Shown: positions 9,225 through 18,929 of the stretch, in pieces
Numbering within the stretch: position 1 is the stretch's first letter
How the letters are laid out: every line of letters begins with the position of its first letter
Source: Spirochaetia bacterium
GTDB taxonomy: Bacteria > Spirochaetota > Spirochaetia > SZUA-6 > Bin103
NCBI GenBank assembly: GCA_965203055.1
Contig: OZ241863.1
Location: forward strand, 3,776,001-3,840,000
DNA length: 64,000 bases
Reading direction: 5' to 3'
Program-made: the position numbers and the translations under genes
Notes under the pieces: model-generated
What the model was told of the DNA's origin: nothing
Seen by the model: the letters and a program-made list of their open reading frames with translations, nothing else
The model's database searches: none

Positions 9225-12125
9225 GTGACGCTCATCCTTGGCTATGAACTCGACGGCACGGCGCAGCGCGACCTGCCGCCCGCCGGCGCCGAGGCGGGGG
9301 TGGTTGCCGCCGGCCCCCAACGGCTGGTGGAGATGCTGGAGCAGGGGTACGGCATTCCGGCTGCGAGCGCCACGCCGCTGCAACGCATGCTCGGCTATCA
9401 GCAGGCGCTGGAGCAAGGCAACGACGGCGCCCGCTTCTACTCGCGGTCGTGGCAGCGCGACCCCCTCGGGGTGGCGCGGGCCGTGCTGGCGGCGCGCGAC
9501 GAGTTGCTCATGGCGGCGCCGTCGAAGTTCTCCTGGTCCGCCCTGGCCGGGCGCGGCGGGCGGCTCGCCGAGCTGGCGCGGATCGAGGCGCTGGCCGCGG
9601 CCCACGGGGTGGCGCCGGGACTGCCGGACCGCCTGCGGGCGCTGATCGAAGAGCTGGCGCGCAGCCCGATCCGCCCGCCGATCGCCGAGTTGCAGCTCGT
9701 CGAAGAGCGCAGGTTCTGGCCGGCGCTGCTGCAGGAGTTGCAGTTCGTACTGGAGTTTCGCGGTACCAGGATCGGCTCCTACCTGCCGCCGCGCGCCCGG
9801 CGCCGCTCCGCGAAACGGGCGCTTTCGGACCTGGCGCGCGCTCAGGCCGCGCTCGACCCGGCGCCGGCGGCCCGCGGCCGGCGCCGCCGGCGAGTCGAAG
9901 CCGGAGCCGCCGGCAGCGCGGCGGCGAATGCGGCCGGCGGGGAGCCGCCGCGGGCGGATGGCAGCTTGGCGCTGGTGCGCGCCGACAGCCTGGTGGAGGG
10001 CGCCGACGCGGCGGCGGCGCTGATCGCCTCCTGGCTGGGCCCGCGCGCCGGCGCGGAGCAGGCCGGGCAGGGCATCTGCGTGGTGGCGGAGGAACACGGC
10101 GAGCTGCTCGACGCGGCGTTGCTGCGCGCCGGCATCCCGCCTGCCGGCCACCCGCAGCCGATACGCGGCGGCGATGCCGGCGGCCTGCTGCCCCTGCTGC
10201 TGCAACTGCTCTGGGATCCGGTCGATCCGCGCACCATGCAGCGCTACCTGCTGCTGCCCCGCCACCCGCTGCCCGGCCCGCTGCGCCGCGAGCTGCTGCG
10301 CGAGCTGGACCGGATGCCGGGCGTCTGGGGGCCGCGCTGGCAGGCGGTGATCGAGCGCTACCTGGCGACTGCGGACGGCGGGCGCCGCGCCACCGTACGG
10401 CGCCGCCTGGAACGCTGGCTGCCGGCGCCGGCCGGCGGCCAGCGGCTGCCGGCGGCGACGATCGCCGCGCACGCCCGGGAGGCGGCGGCGTGGGCGCGGC
10501 GGCATGCGGCGGCGGATGCGGCGGATGCGGCCGCACGAGAGCCGCACGCGGCGCTGGTGATGCGGGAGAGCGCCGCGCTGGCCGACGCGGTGGCCGCGGC
10601 GGTTGCCGCCCAGCCGCGCGAGCGGATGAGCCGGCCCGAGTTGGAGCGCCTGGTGAGCGAGGTGGAACACGCCGCGCCGCGCCGGCGCAACGGTCAGCCG
10701 TGCCGCGGCGGCCCGCGCGCGGCCACCGCCCCCGGCACGTTGCTGAGCCCGGTAGACCACGTGCTGTGGTGGCACGCCGCGGAGTCTACCGTCGGCGCGG
10801 CGCCGCCGGCGTTCTTCGCGCCGCGCGAGCGCGCGGCCCTGGAACGGCTCGGCGTGCGGCTGCAGGAGCCGCTGCTGGCGATCGAACGCAAGGAACAGCA
10901 GTGGCGGCGGCTGGCCGGGCTGGCGCGCCGCAGTCTGGTCCTGGTGTACGCCGCCAGTCACGGCGAGCAGGTCGACGCGCCGCATCCGCTGTGGTTCATC
11001 CTGCAGCAGCCGTTTGCCGGCGGCGCGGCCGAACCGGGCGCGGCGCTCACCTGGCCGGCGCGCGCCGCCGACGCCGCGGCGGCCGCGGGCCGGCGGCGCC
11101 GGGCGGATGGCGGGCGCCTGCTGCGGCCGCGGTTGCCGCTGGCGGCGCCGGCGTTCACGCCGCGCTGGCAGGTGCCGGAACTGGCCGGCCAGGCGCCGCA
11201 TCCCACCGAGTCAGCCACCTCGCTGGCTACCCTGCTCGGTTGTCCGCTGCGCTACGTGCTGGAGTACCGCGCCGGGCTGCGGCCGCGGCGGGAGCTGGGA
11301 CTGACCGCCGGCAACCGCCTGCTGGGGATCGTGGCGCACGACGTGCTGGCCGAGCACCTGGCGGCGTACCCGGCCGCGACCGCGGAGCGGGTCGTGGAGA
11401 CCGACCTGCGCGAGCGCTTCGCCCACACCTTCGCCAACGTGGCCACCCTGCTGCGGATGCCGGGCATGGACCGCGAGCGGGCCGAGGTGGAAGCGGTGAC
11501 CACGCGCGCCGCCAAGATCCTGCGCGCGGCGCTGCAGCAGGGCGGCTGCGAGGTGGTTGCGGTCGAACGCGACTTTGAGACCGCGCCGCCGGAGGAGGCG
11601 GAGGCAGAGGAGGCGGAACCGTCGTTGCGCGGCCGCGTCGATCTGGTGGTGCGCCGCGGCGGCGCCGGCGGCGGGCTGGTGATCATCGACCTGAAGTGGT
11701 CGGGGCGGCGCCACTACCGGCGCCTGCTGGAGCAGCGCCGCGCCGTGCAGCTCGCTCACTACGCCATCATCACCGGGGCGGCCGAGGCGCAGCCGGAACC
11801 GCCGCCTACCGCCTACTTCGTCATTACCACCGGCGAACTGTTCACCGTCCACCGCGGCCTGCTGCCCGGCGCCATCGTGGTGCCGGGGCCCGCGGAAGGC
11901 GAGCTGTGGGCGGAGCTGTGGCCGCACGGGCAGGCGCGGCGCGCGGCCGTGAGCGCCGGCGCGGTGGCCGTGGGCACGCCGGAAGAGGAGTGGCGCGCGG
12001 GCTTGACCGGGACGCCGTTGCCGGCCCCGTGCCGCTTCTGCGACTACGGCCTGTTCTGCCGGGTCGACGCCGCCGGCCACAGCGGCCGCTCACCCGCGCC
12101 CGTGGCCGCGGCCTCCGCCTCGTGA
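9225..12125 (+). CDS. AddB/RexB-like PD-(D/E)XK nuclease subunit
   Basis: C-terminal SATSLATLLGCPLRY, LRGRVDLV...IIDLKW and PCRFCDYGLFC (Fe-S staple cysteines). Coupled to the downstream UvrD-type gene. Confidence 0.8.
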   Translation: MTLILGYELDGTAQRDLPPAGAEAGVVAAGPQRLVEMLEQGYGIPAASATPLQRMLGYQQALEQGNDGARFYSRSWQRDPLGVARAVLAARDELLMAAPSKFSWSALAGRGGRLAELARIEALAAAHGVAPGLPDRLRALIEELARSPIRPPIAELQLVEERRFWPALLQELQFVLEFRGTRIGSYLPPRARRRSAKRALSDLARAQAALDPAPAARGRRRRRVEAGAAGSAAANAAGGEPPRADGSLALVRADSLVEGADAAAALIASWLGPRAGAEQAGQGICVVAEEHGELLDAALLRAGIPPAGHPQPIRGGDAGGLLPLLLQLLWDPVDPRTMQRYLLLPRHPLPGPLRRELLRELDRMPGVWGPRWQAVIERYLATADGGRRATVRRRLERWLPAPAGGQRLPAATIAAHAREAAAWARRHAAADAADAAAREPHAALVMRESAALADAVAAAVAAQPRERMSRPELERLVSEVEHAAPRRRNGQPCRGGPRAATAPGTLLSPVDHVLWWHAAESTVGAAPPAFFAPRERAALERLGVRLQEPLLAIERKEQQWRRLAGLARRSLVLVYAASHGEQVDAPHPLWFILQQPFAGGAAEPGAALTWPARAADAAAAAGRRRRADGGRLLRPRLPLAAPAFTPRWQVPELAGQAPHPTESATSLATLLGCPLRYVLEYRAGLRPRRELGLTAGNRLLGIVAHDVLAEHLAAYPAATAERVVETDLRERFAHTFANVATLLRMPGMDRERAEVEAVTTRAAKILRAALQQGGCEVVAVERDFETAPPEEAEAEEAEPSLRGRVDLVVRRGGAGGGLVIIDLKWSGRRHYRRLLEQRRAVQLAHYAIITGAAEAQPEPPPTAYFVITTGELFTVHRGLLPGAIVVPGPAEGELWAELWPHGQARRAAVSAGAVAVGTPEEEWRAGLTGTPLPAPCRFCDYGLFCRVDAAGHSGRSPAPVAAASAS

Positions 12126-15100
12126 CGCCCGCCGCCGCGGGGCGCCGGGATCACCTGCCCGTCACGGTGATCGAGGCCGGCGCCGGGACCGGCAAGACCT
12201 ATCGCCTGGCCGAGGAGATCAGCCGCGCCGTGGCGAGCGGCGAGGTGCGCCCGGAAGCGATCCTGCTCACCACTTTTACCCGCCGCGCGGCCGCGGAGCT
12301 GACCAGCCGGGTGACCAGCCGGTTGATCGGCGCCGGGCGCACCCGCGAGGCGCTGCGCGTCGGGCAGGCGCGCATCGGTACGGTGCACAGCGTGTGCGGC
12401 CGGCTGCTGGAGCAATATGCGCTGAGCGCGGGGCTGGCGGTGCGCCACAACGTGATCCCCGAGAGCGAGCAGCGCCGGCTCCTCAACGAGGCGCTCTCCA
12501 CGGTGCTCAAGCCGGAGGAGAACGAGGAGCTGCAGCTCATGGCGCAGTGCCTGTACCGCCTCGACTGGCGGGACGACGTGCGCGAGCTGATCGGTCAGGC
12601 GCGCAGCAACGCCCTGGCGCCGGAACAGTTTGCCGGCTACGCCGAGGCCAGCGTGCGGGAAATACTCGCCGCGCTGCCCGCGGAGAGCGGCAGCGCCGCG
12701 GAGTGTCTGCGGCTCGCGCGCGAGGTGGAGCCGCAGCTCGGAGCGCTGCTGGAAAGCGGCGCCGACACCCACAAGAACACCCGTGAGGCGCTGAGCACGG
12801 TGCGCTCCTACCTGGCCCTGGCCGAGCGCGAAGTGCCGGTCTACTGGCAGCGCTTCCAGCAGCTTGCGCGCGCCGCGGCGGCGAAGCGCACCGGAGCGCA
12901 CGCCCTCTACCAGCCGCTGGCCGAGTACGCCGCCGGGCACCACCAATGGCCCCAGTTCCGCCGCCAGCTCGGCGCCTACGTGCGCGCCATCTTCGCGCTG
13001 GCGGCCCGCGCCTGCGAGCGGTACGAGTGGATCAAGGCGCAGGCGGGCGTGATCGACTATGCCGACCAGGAGGCGCTGGCGGCGCGCCTGCTGGAGCAGG
13101 AGGAGGTGCGGGCCGCGTTGGCCGGCGAGCTGGATCTGGTGCTGGTGGACGAGTTTCAGGATACCAGCCCGCTGCAGCTCCACCTGTTCCTGCTGCTGGC
13201 GCGCTGCGCGCCGCGCTCGGTGTGGGTGGGGGATCCCAAGCAGGCGATCTTCGGGTTCCGCGGTACCGACCCGCAGTTGATGCTCGGGGTAGTGGAGCGG
13301 TTCACCGGTGGACTCGACGCGGGGCCGGAACGGCTCGACCGGTCGTGGCGTTCGCTGCCGCAGTTGGTGGATTGGGTCAACGCCGCGTTTCAGCCGGTGT
13401 TCGCCCGGCAGGGCCTGGATCCGCAGGCGGTTGCCCTGCGCGCGCAGCGGGAGGGGCGCCTTCCCGCCGGGAGCCTGGAGAGCTGGGTGTGCCGGGCGGA
13501 CAATCAGGAGCAGGATTACGCCGCCATCGCCGCGGCCGTGGAGCAGTGCCTGGCGCACCCCGAGTACTACCCCGTGCACGGCGCGGACGGCGGCCAGCGC
13601 CCGCTGCGCGCCGCGGACCTCGCCATCGCCGCGCGCACCAATGCCGAGTGCGCCGGTCTGGCGCAGGCGCTCGCCGCGGCGGGGGTACCGTACGAGATGA
13701 GCACGGCCGGGCTGCTGCGCCAGCCGGTGTGCGAGCTGCTGCTGGCGGCCCTGACGCTGCTGCTCGATCCCTACGACCGCCTGGCCGCGGCGCAGGTGAC
13801 TTGGTTCCACGACGTGTGGAGCGCGGTCACCGACGCCGCCCGGCAGCAACGGCAGGCGGGCGACTGGCTGGCGGCGCGGGTCCGCGAAGCGGAGACGCGG
13901 GACGGCGCCCGCCACCCGGTGGTGGCCGCGCTCGCCGCGGCGGCGGCCGGCTCCGCCCTGCTGGCGCCGGCGGAGCTGGCGCGGCGCGCGGCCGACGTGG
14001 CGGACGTCTGGCGGCTGGTGCAGGGCAGCGCCGCGCCGGCCCGCGCCGCGGCCGACGTGGATCAGTTCCTGGCCCTGGTCCGCGAGTATGAGGAGATCGC
14101 GGCGCAGCGCGGCCAGGGAGTGACCCACGGCGGGCTGCTCTCCTGGCTGCGCGCGCTCGCCCAGTCGGGCGACGACCAACGCCACGCCGCGGCCAGCGAC
14201 GCAGTGCGCATTACCACCTGGCACGGCGCCAAGGGGCTGGAATGGCCGATGGTGGTGCTCTACGGATTCGGCGACGAACCGCAGACGCGCTTCTTCGGCA
14301 TCTCCGCCTTCACCGAGGGGCAGGACCGCGGCGCCGGCGACGTCACCGACCCGCTGCGCGGCCGGGCGTTGCGCTTCGTACCCTTCCCGTACCATGAGGC
14401 GACGCGCAACTGCGGTTACCGGAAGGCATTCGTCGATACCGCGCGCTTCCGTGAGGCGGAGGCCGGCGACGCGCGGGAGCGCGCCCGCCTGCTCTACGTG
14501 ATCATGACCCGGGCGCGCGACCGGCTGGTGATCGCCGCCCGCGGCAAGGCGCGCGGCGGCCTGCGCGGGCTGGAAGTGGACGGCGCGCCGCTGTGCGAGG
14601 TGCCGCAGGAGCCGGCGCAGGCGCCGCCCGGCTGGCGGGTGCGGGAGGTGCGGCCGGCGCGCCCGGCACGCCCGGCGCCGGCCGCGAACGACTGGTTCGA
14701 ATACCGGGCGCGGCCGCCGCTGGTCCCGGCGCGGGCGCTGCCGTCGCACCTGCAACTGCCGGCCGGCGCCGATGGGGTCAGCGCCGGCGCCGTCACCCGC
14801 TTCGCGCCGCCGCTGGAGCTGGCCGCCGGCGGCGACCCCGCCGCGACCGGCGCCGCGCTGCACCGCCTGCTGGCGGTCGACGCGGCCGCGCTGTCGGCGG
14901 AACAACGCCTCCGCGTGGCGCAGCGAGTGTTGTCCCCGCTGCCCGCGGGCGCCGTCGCCCCGGAGCAGGCGGTGCGCTGCAAGGAAGCCCTGGAGGCCCA
15001 CGTAGCGCGCCACTGGCCGGGCGCCGCGCTCCGCCGCGAGTGGCCGGTGAGCCTGCAACTGGACGGCCTGCGCCTGGAGGGTCTCGCCGACCTGGTAGTG

Positions 15101-15355
15101 GAACAGGAAAAGAGCTTCGTCCTGATCGACTACAAGACCTTCACCGGCAACGCCGACGAGAGCGCCCTGCGCGCCCATGGGGTGCGCTACGCGCCGCAGC
15201 TCGCGGCCTATCGGCTCGCCCTGGAACGCGCTCTGGACAAGACGTGCGCCGCCACCCTGATCTGCTATCCGCTACGCGGCGAGCTGCTGGAAATCCACGT
15301 CGCCGAGCCGGAACGGCTGCTGCACGCCAGCAGCGCCGCCGCCGGCGGCCCCTAG
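12122..15355 (+). CDS. AddA/RecB-like UvrD helicase-nuclease
   Basis: AGAGTGKT, TFTRRAA, VDEFQDTS, VGDPKQAIFGFRG, TWHGAKGLEW and LLYVIMTRARD; C-terminal nuclease GLADLV...IDYKT. Confidence 0.88.
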   Translation: MTPAAAGRRDHLPVTVIEAGAGTGKTYRLAEEISRAVASGEVRPEAILLTTFTRRAAAELTSRVTSRLIGAGRTREALRVGQARIGTVHSVCGRLLEQYALSAGLAVRHNVIPESEQRRLLNEALSTVLKPEENEELQLMAQCLYRLDWRDDVRELIGQARSNALAPEQFAGYAEASVREILAALPAESGSAAECLRLAREVEPQLGALLESGADTHKNTREALSTVRSYLALAEREVPVYWQRFQQLARAAAAKRTGAHALYQPLAEYAAGHHQWPQFRRQLGAYVRAIFALAARACERYEWIKAQAGVIDYADQEALAARLLEQEEVRAALAGELDLVLVDEFQDTSPLQLHLFLLLARCAPRSVWVGDPKQAIFGFRGTDPQLMLGVVERFTGGLDAGPERLDRSWRSLPQLVDWVNAAFQPVFARQGLDPQAVALRAQREGRLPAGSLESWVCRADNQEQDYAAIAAAVEQCLAHPEYYPVHGADGGQRPLRAADLAIAARTNAECAGLAQALAAAGVPYEMSTAGLLRQPVCELLLAALTLLLDPYDRLAAAQVTWFHDVWSAVTDAARQQRQAGDWLAARVREAETRDGARHPVVAALAAAAAGSALLAPAELARRAADVADVWRLVQGSAAPARAAADVDQFLALVREYEEIAAQRGQGVTHGGLLSWLRALAQSGDDQRHAAASDAVRITTWHGAKGLEWPMVVLYGFGDEPQTRFFGISAFTEGQDRGAGDVTDPLRGRALRFVPFPYHEATRNCGYRKAFVDTARFREAEAGDARERARLLYVIMTRARDRLVIAARGKARGGLRGLEVDGAPLCEVPQEPAQAPPGWRVREVRPARPARPAPAANDWFEYRARPPLVPARALPSHLQLPAGADGVSAGAVTRFAPPLELAAGGDPAATGAALHRLLAVDAAALSAEQRLRVAQRVLSPLPAGAVAPEQAVRCKEALEAHVARHWPGAALRREWPVSLQLDGLRLEGLADLVVEQEKSFVLIDYKTFTGNADESALRAHGVRYAPQLAAYRLALERALDKTCAATLICYPLRGELLEIHVAEPERLLHASSAAAGGP

Positions 15356-15367
15356 CGGCAACACCGG

Positions 15368-16231
15368 ATGCCACCGCCCGTCGGGCACCGCCCGCGGCTC
15401 CTGTTCGTGCACGGCTTCCTCGGAGAAGCGGCGGACTGGAACGAGCTGCGCGCGCTGTTGACTCCGTACTTTTCCAGTGACTGCTTCGAGCTTCCCGGAC
15501 ACGGCGCGGCGCCGCCGGTGGCCGGCCCCGCCGGCGACTGGTTCCCGGCGGCGGCTGCCCGCCTGCGGGCGGCGTGCGCCGCCCTGCCGGTCCCGCCGGT
15601 GGTGGTGGGCTACTCCATGGGCGGGCGGCTGGCGCTGTACACCGCGCTGCGCTTTCCCGAGGCGGCCGGCGGGCTGGTGGTGCTCGGCGCCGACCCCGGC
15701 CTGCGCGACCCCGCGGCGCGCGCCGCCCGCGGCGCGCGCGACGAGGCGCTGGCGCAGGAGCTGGCCGGCGCCCGCGGCGAGCACGCCTTTGCCGCGTGGC
15801 TGCGGCGCTGGTACGACTTGCCGCTGTTCGGCAGCCTGAGCCGCCAACGGCGCTTCGGCGGCCTGCTGCGGCGCCGGCTGCGGCAGGACCCGGGCCTGCT
15901 CGCCGCGGCGCTGCGCGGGCTTTCGGTCGCCCGCCAGCCCGTGCTCTGGGATGCTCTGCCGGAGCTGCGGTGCCCGGCGCTGTTCATCGCCGGCGCCGGC
16001 GACGCCAAGTACCGCGGCCTGGCGGAGCGCGTCGCGGCGGCGGGCGCCCGGTGGCAGGCCGCGCTCTGTCCCGGGGCGGCGCATGCCGTCCACCTGGAAC
16101 AGCCGGAGGCGGTCGCCGGCATGATCCGTCGATTCGCGGCGGAACTGCCCGCGCCCGCCGCGTTTGCCGCCGGCGCTTCCGGGGCGGCACATTGCGCGCA
16201 CCAACCTCATCCCCGAAAGGAGCAGCCATGA
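15368..16231 (+). CDS. menH: 2-succinyl-6-hydroxy-2,4-cyclohexadiene-1-carboxylate synthase-like alpha/beta hydrolase
   Basis: [32 protein letters not shown]. Overlaps the menB start. Confidence 0.8.
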   Translation: MPPPVGHRPRLLFVHGFLGEAADWNELRALLTPYFSSDCFELPGHGAAPPVAGPAGDWFPAAAARLRAACAALPVPPVVVGYSMGGRLALYTALRFPEAAGGLVVLGADPGLRDPAARAARGARDEALAQELAGARGEHAFAAWLRRWYDLPLFGSLSRQRRFGGLLRRRLRQDPGLLAAALRGLSVARQPVLWDALPELRCPALFIAGAGDAKYRGLAERVAAAGARWQAALCPGAAHAVHLEQPEAVAGMIRRFAAELPAPAAFAAGASGAAHCAHQPHPRKEQP

Positions 16232-17052
16232 GCGACCTCATCAACTGGACCGCATGCGGCGAATATCAGGACATTCTGTATGCCAAGGCGGAGGGCATCG
16301 CCAAGATCACCATCAACCGCCCGGCGCGGCGCAACGCCTTCACGCCGCTCACCGTGGAGGAGATGATGGCAGCCCTGGAAGACGCCCGCCGCGACCCGGC
16401 GATCGGGGTCGTGATCCTCACCGGGCAGGGCGAGCTCGCGTTCTGCTCCGGGGGCGACCAGAAGATCCGCGGCGACGCCGGCTACCGCGACCAGGGCGGC
16501 GACGACCGCCTCAACGTCCTGGAGTTTCAGCGCCAGATTCGCACCTGTCCGAAGCCGATCGTGGCAATGGTGGCCGGCTACGCCGTGGGCGGCGGCCACG
16601 TGCTGCACGTCATGTGCGACCTGACCATCGCCGCCGACAACGCCATCTTCGGCCAGACCGGCCCCAAGGTGGGCTCGTTCGACGGCGGCTACGGCTCCAG
16701 CTACCTGGCGCGCATCGTGGGCCAGAAGAAGGCGCGCGAAATCTGGTTCCTGTGCCGCCAGTACGATGCCCGGCAGGCGCTGGAGATGGGTCTGGTGAAC
16801 GCCGTGGTGCCGCTCGCCAAGCTGGAACGCGAGACGGTGCGCTGGTGCCGCGAGATGCTGGCGCACTCCCCCACTGCCCTGCGCTGCCTCAAGGCCGCCA
16901 TGAATGCCGACTGCGACGGCCAGGCCGGCCTGCAGGAACTGGCCGGATCGGCCACCATGCTGTTCTACCAGACCCCGGAGGCCCAGGAGGGACGCGACTC
17001 CTTCGTCGAAAAGCGCCCCCCCGACTTCACCAGGTTCCCCCGCCACTCCTGA
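16228..17052 (+). CDS. menB: 1,4-dihydroxy-2-naphthoyl-CoA synthase
   Basis: [50 protein letters not shown]. Confidence 0.97.
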   Translation: MSDLINWTACGEYQDILYAKAEGIAKITINRPARRNAFTPLTVEEMMAALEDARRDPAIGVVILTGQGELAFCSGGDQKIRGDAGYRDQGGDDRLNVLEFQRQIRTCPKPIVAMVAGYAVGGGHVLHVMCDLTIAADNAIFGQTGPKVGSFDGGYGSSYLARIVGQKKAREIWFLCRQYDARQALEMGLVNAVVPLAKLERETVRWCREMLAHSPTALRCLKAAMNADCDGQAGLQELAGSATMLFYQTPEAQEGRDSFVEKRPPDFTRFPRHS

Positions 17053-18156
17053 CCGCTCCCGAGGCCGAATTGCCGACCGCCTCGTTCGTGGAGTTCGGGA
17101 CCAACAAGACGGTTCCGACGGCTACCAAAGTGCGAGGTGGGTACTACACGCCTGCTGCCCTCGCCGATTATCTGTGCCGATGGGCGATACGAAATCGCTC
17201 GGACCGGGTGCTGGAGCCGAGCTGCGGCGACGGCAGCTTCGTGTCCGCGGCCGCGCCGCTGCTCGGCGACGACGGCTCGATTACCGCCGTGGAAATCGTG
17301 CCCGTGCAATACGCCGCCGAGCTGCGCGACCGGCTGCCCCGGCTGTTCGACGCCGTATTCGTCATCGCCTTCGACCGGCTGGTGTTCCCGGACATCCAGC
17401 AGGAGGTGCTGCTGCTGCTCGGCGAGGGCCGCAACCGGAATCCTCAGACGTACGGCAGACTGTACACTCGGCAAGTCGCCAACGGCAAAGCGCTGTTGTC
17501 GATGGCGCGAACGGCCGACCTCGTTTCGCACGTGCCGGAGCGGCACACGCATGCCGACATGAAGTGGACGTCGCTCTTCCTCGAAGACGACGAGTTCCGC
17601 GCCCTCAGCGACGCCGCAGAAAGCGGGGCGCTTGACCGCATGGGCGATTTGGCGGGCGTGGACGTCGGCATCGTGACCGGGCGCAACAGCTTCTTCGTCG
17701 TTACCGAAGGCACGGCGCAGCGGCTGGGGCTGGATGGCCGCGCGGTCGACGTGGTCGGCCGGACCGCCGCCCTCAAGTCGATTCGGTTTACCGCGGACGA
17801 CCTGCAGCGTTACGATCCACCGCGTGCGGGTCGCCGCGGGGGTAGACGTAGATATGCTCTGCGCGTCGATGGTGAACTCGCTTACCTTCGCCTGGGCCGA
17901 AGTGTGCGGGCGGAGTTACGGCGGCGGCGTGCTGGAACTGGAGCCGCGGGAAGCGGAACGACTGTTGATCCCGTATCGGTTCTCGGCAGGCATCGACGTC
18001 GAGTACGTCGACCAGCGCCTACGGGCCGGCGACCTCGAAGGCGTGCTGGATCACGGCGACCGCGCGCTCCTCAAGGACGGATGCGGATTCTCCGACCGGG
18101 ACGTGACGCGCGCCGCATGGAACAGACTACGATCAAGGCGCCATCGACGAAGATAG
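17053..18156 (+). pseudogene. Internally deleted N6-adenine DNA methyltransferase (Eco57I/TaqI-like) remnant
   Basis: RGGYYTP and VLEPSCGDGSF are present, but the frame jumps to VQYAAELR with no NPPY/F motif. VGIVTGRNSFF follows, then a frame change near 17811 to TIHRVRV...EVCGRSYGGGVLELEPREAE. No clear start codon. Confidence 0.8.
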
Positions 18157-18513
18157 AAAGAAGATGCGTCGGAAGGACCTGTCCCTTCAGTTTAACTAAC
18201 CCAAGACACGTCCTCAGCCCGGCACAAGTTGAACGCCGCTCAGCTACAGTGTATGTTTACGAAGTGTCCGATACACGGATCGCGAATGGCTGAGCAATGG
18301 CGGAGGTTGGTATGTTGAACATACGGTCCAGGAGGTAGTACCTTTTCTGGTACCTGCTGCGTCGGGAGCGCTCTCTCCTGAGGAGAATGCTCTGGCAACG
18401 ACGGCAGACTATAGGCGCCGTTTACGGTGCCGTACTAAATGGATCGAACGTGCCTATTAAGGGTTTGTGCGTTCGATTGATTGTTTGCTGTTGCTAACTT
18501 CGAGGAGGATTGA

Positions 18514-18923
18514 ATGGCAACAAAGAGGAATGCTACTCCGCGTAGCAGGACGACTACTCCGGGGCCGGCGCAAGCGGTGGCCAAGGAAACTTCTACGACG
18601 GCGGCGGAAGCTGCCAAGGAAGCTTCTTCGGGGCCGGGGAAAGTGTCCTTTCGGACACGATCGATGCATCGAAGCTGTCGGTCGCTCAGCTCCAGGATAT
18701 CCTGGCTGAGCGGCAGCAGGACGAAGAGCAAGAGTCTGCCGAAACAAAGGCAGACAAGCTGCTCACCGCTGTGCGCGCCTACAAGGCACAGCGGATCCGT
18801 CCTGGGGTCGTCGGGACCTTCAGCCCGGACGGCTCCACCGGTGGCGTGCAGCTTATGTTGCTGTACCGGGCCGGATCGATGCTGGTCTTCGACGCCTATT
18901 CGGATGTTGTGACCGAGGAGTAG
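18514..18923 (+). pseudogene. Probable disrupted N-terminal part of the downstream gene (or a small frameshifted ORF)
   Basis: ATG 18514 (MATKRNATPR...) then an apparent frameshift near 18640 into VLSDTIDASKLSVAQLQDILAERQQ...DVVTEE. Its TAG (18921-18923) is in frame with ATG 18930. Confidence 0.4.
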
Positions 18924-18929
18924 GCGGCG

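Noticed and set aside
12044..15178. 1044-aa minus-strand ORF (likewise 6004..8028, 54665..57010, 57270..59291, 59429..61270, 38882..40777)
   Set aside because: Antisense or alternate-frame shadows of well-supported genes.
16164..18293. 709-aa ORF as a single protein
   Set aside because: Chimera of an off-frame reading of menB and the methyltransferase remnant.
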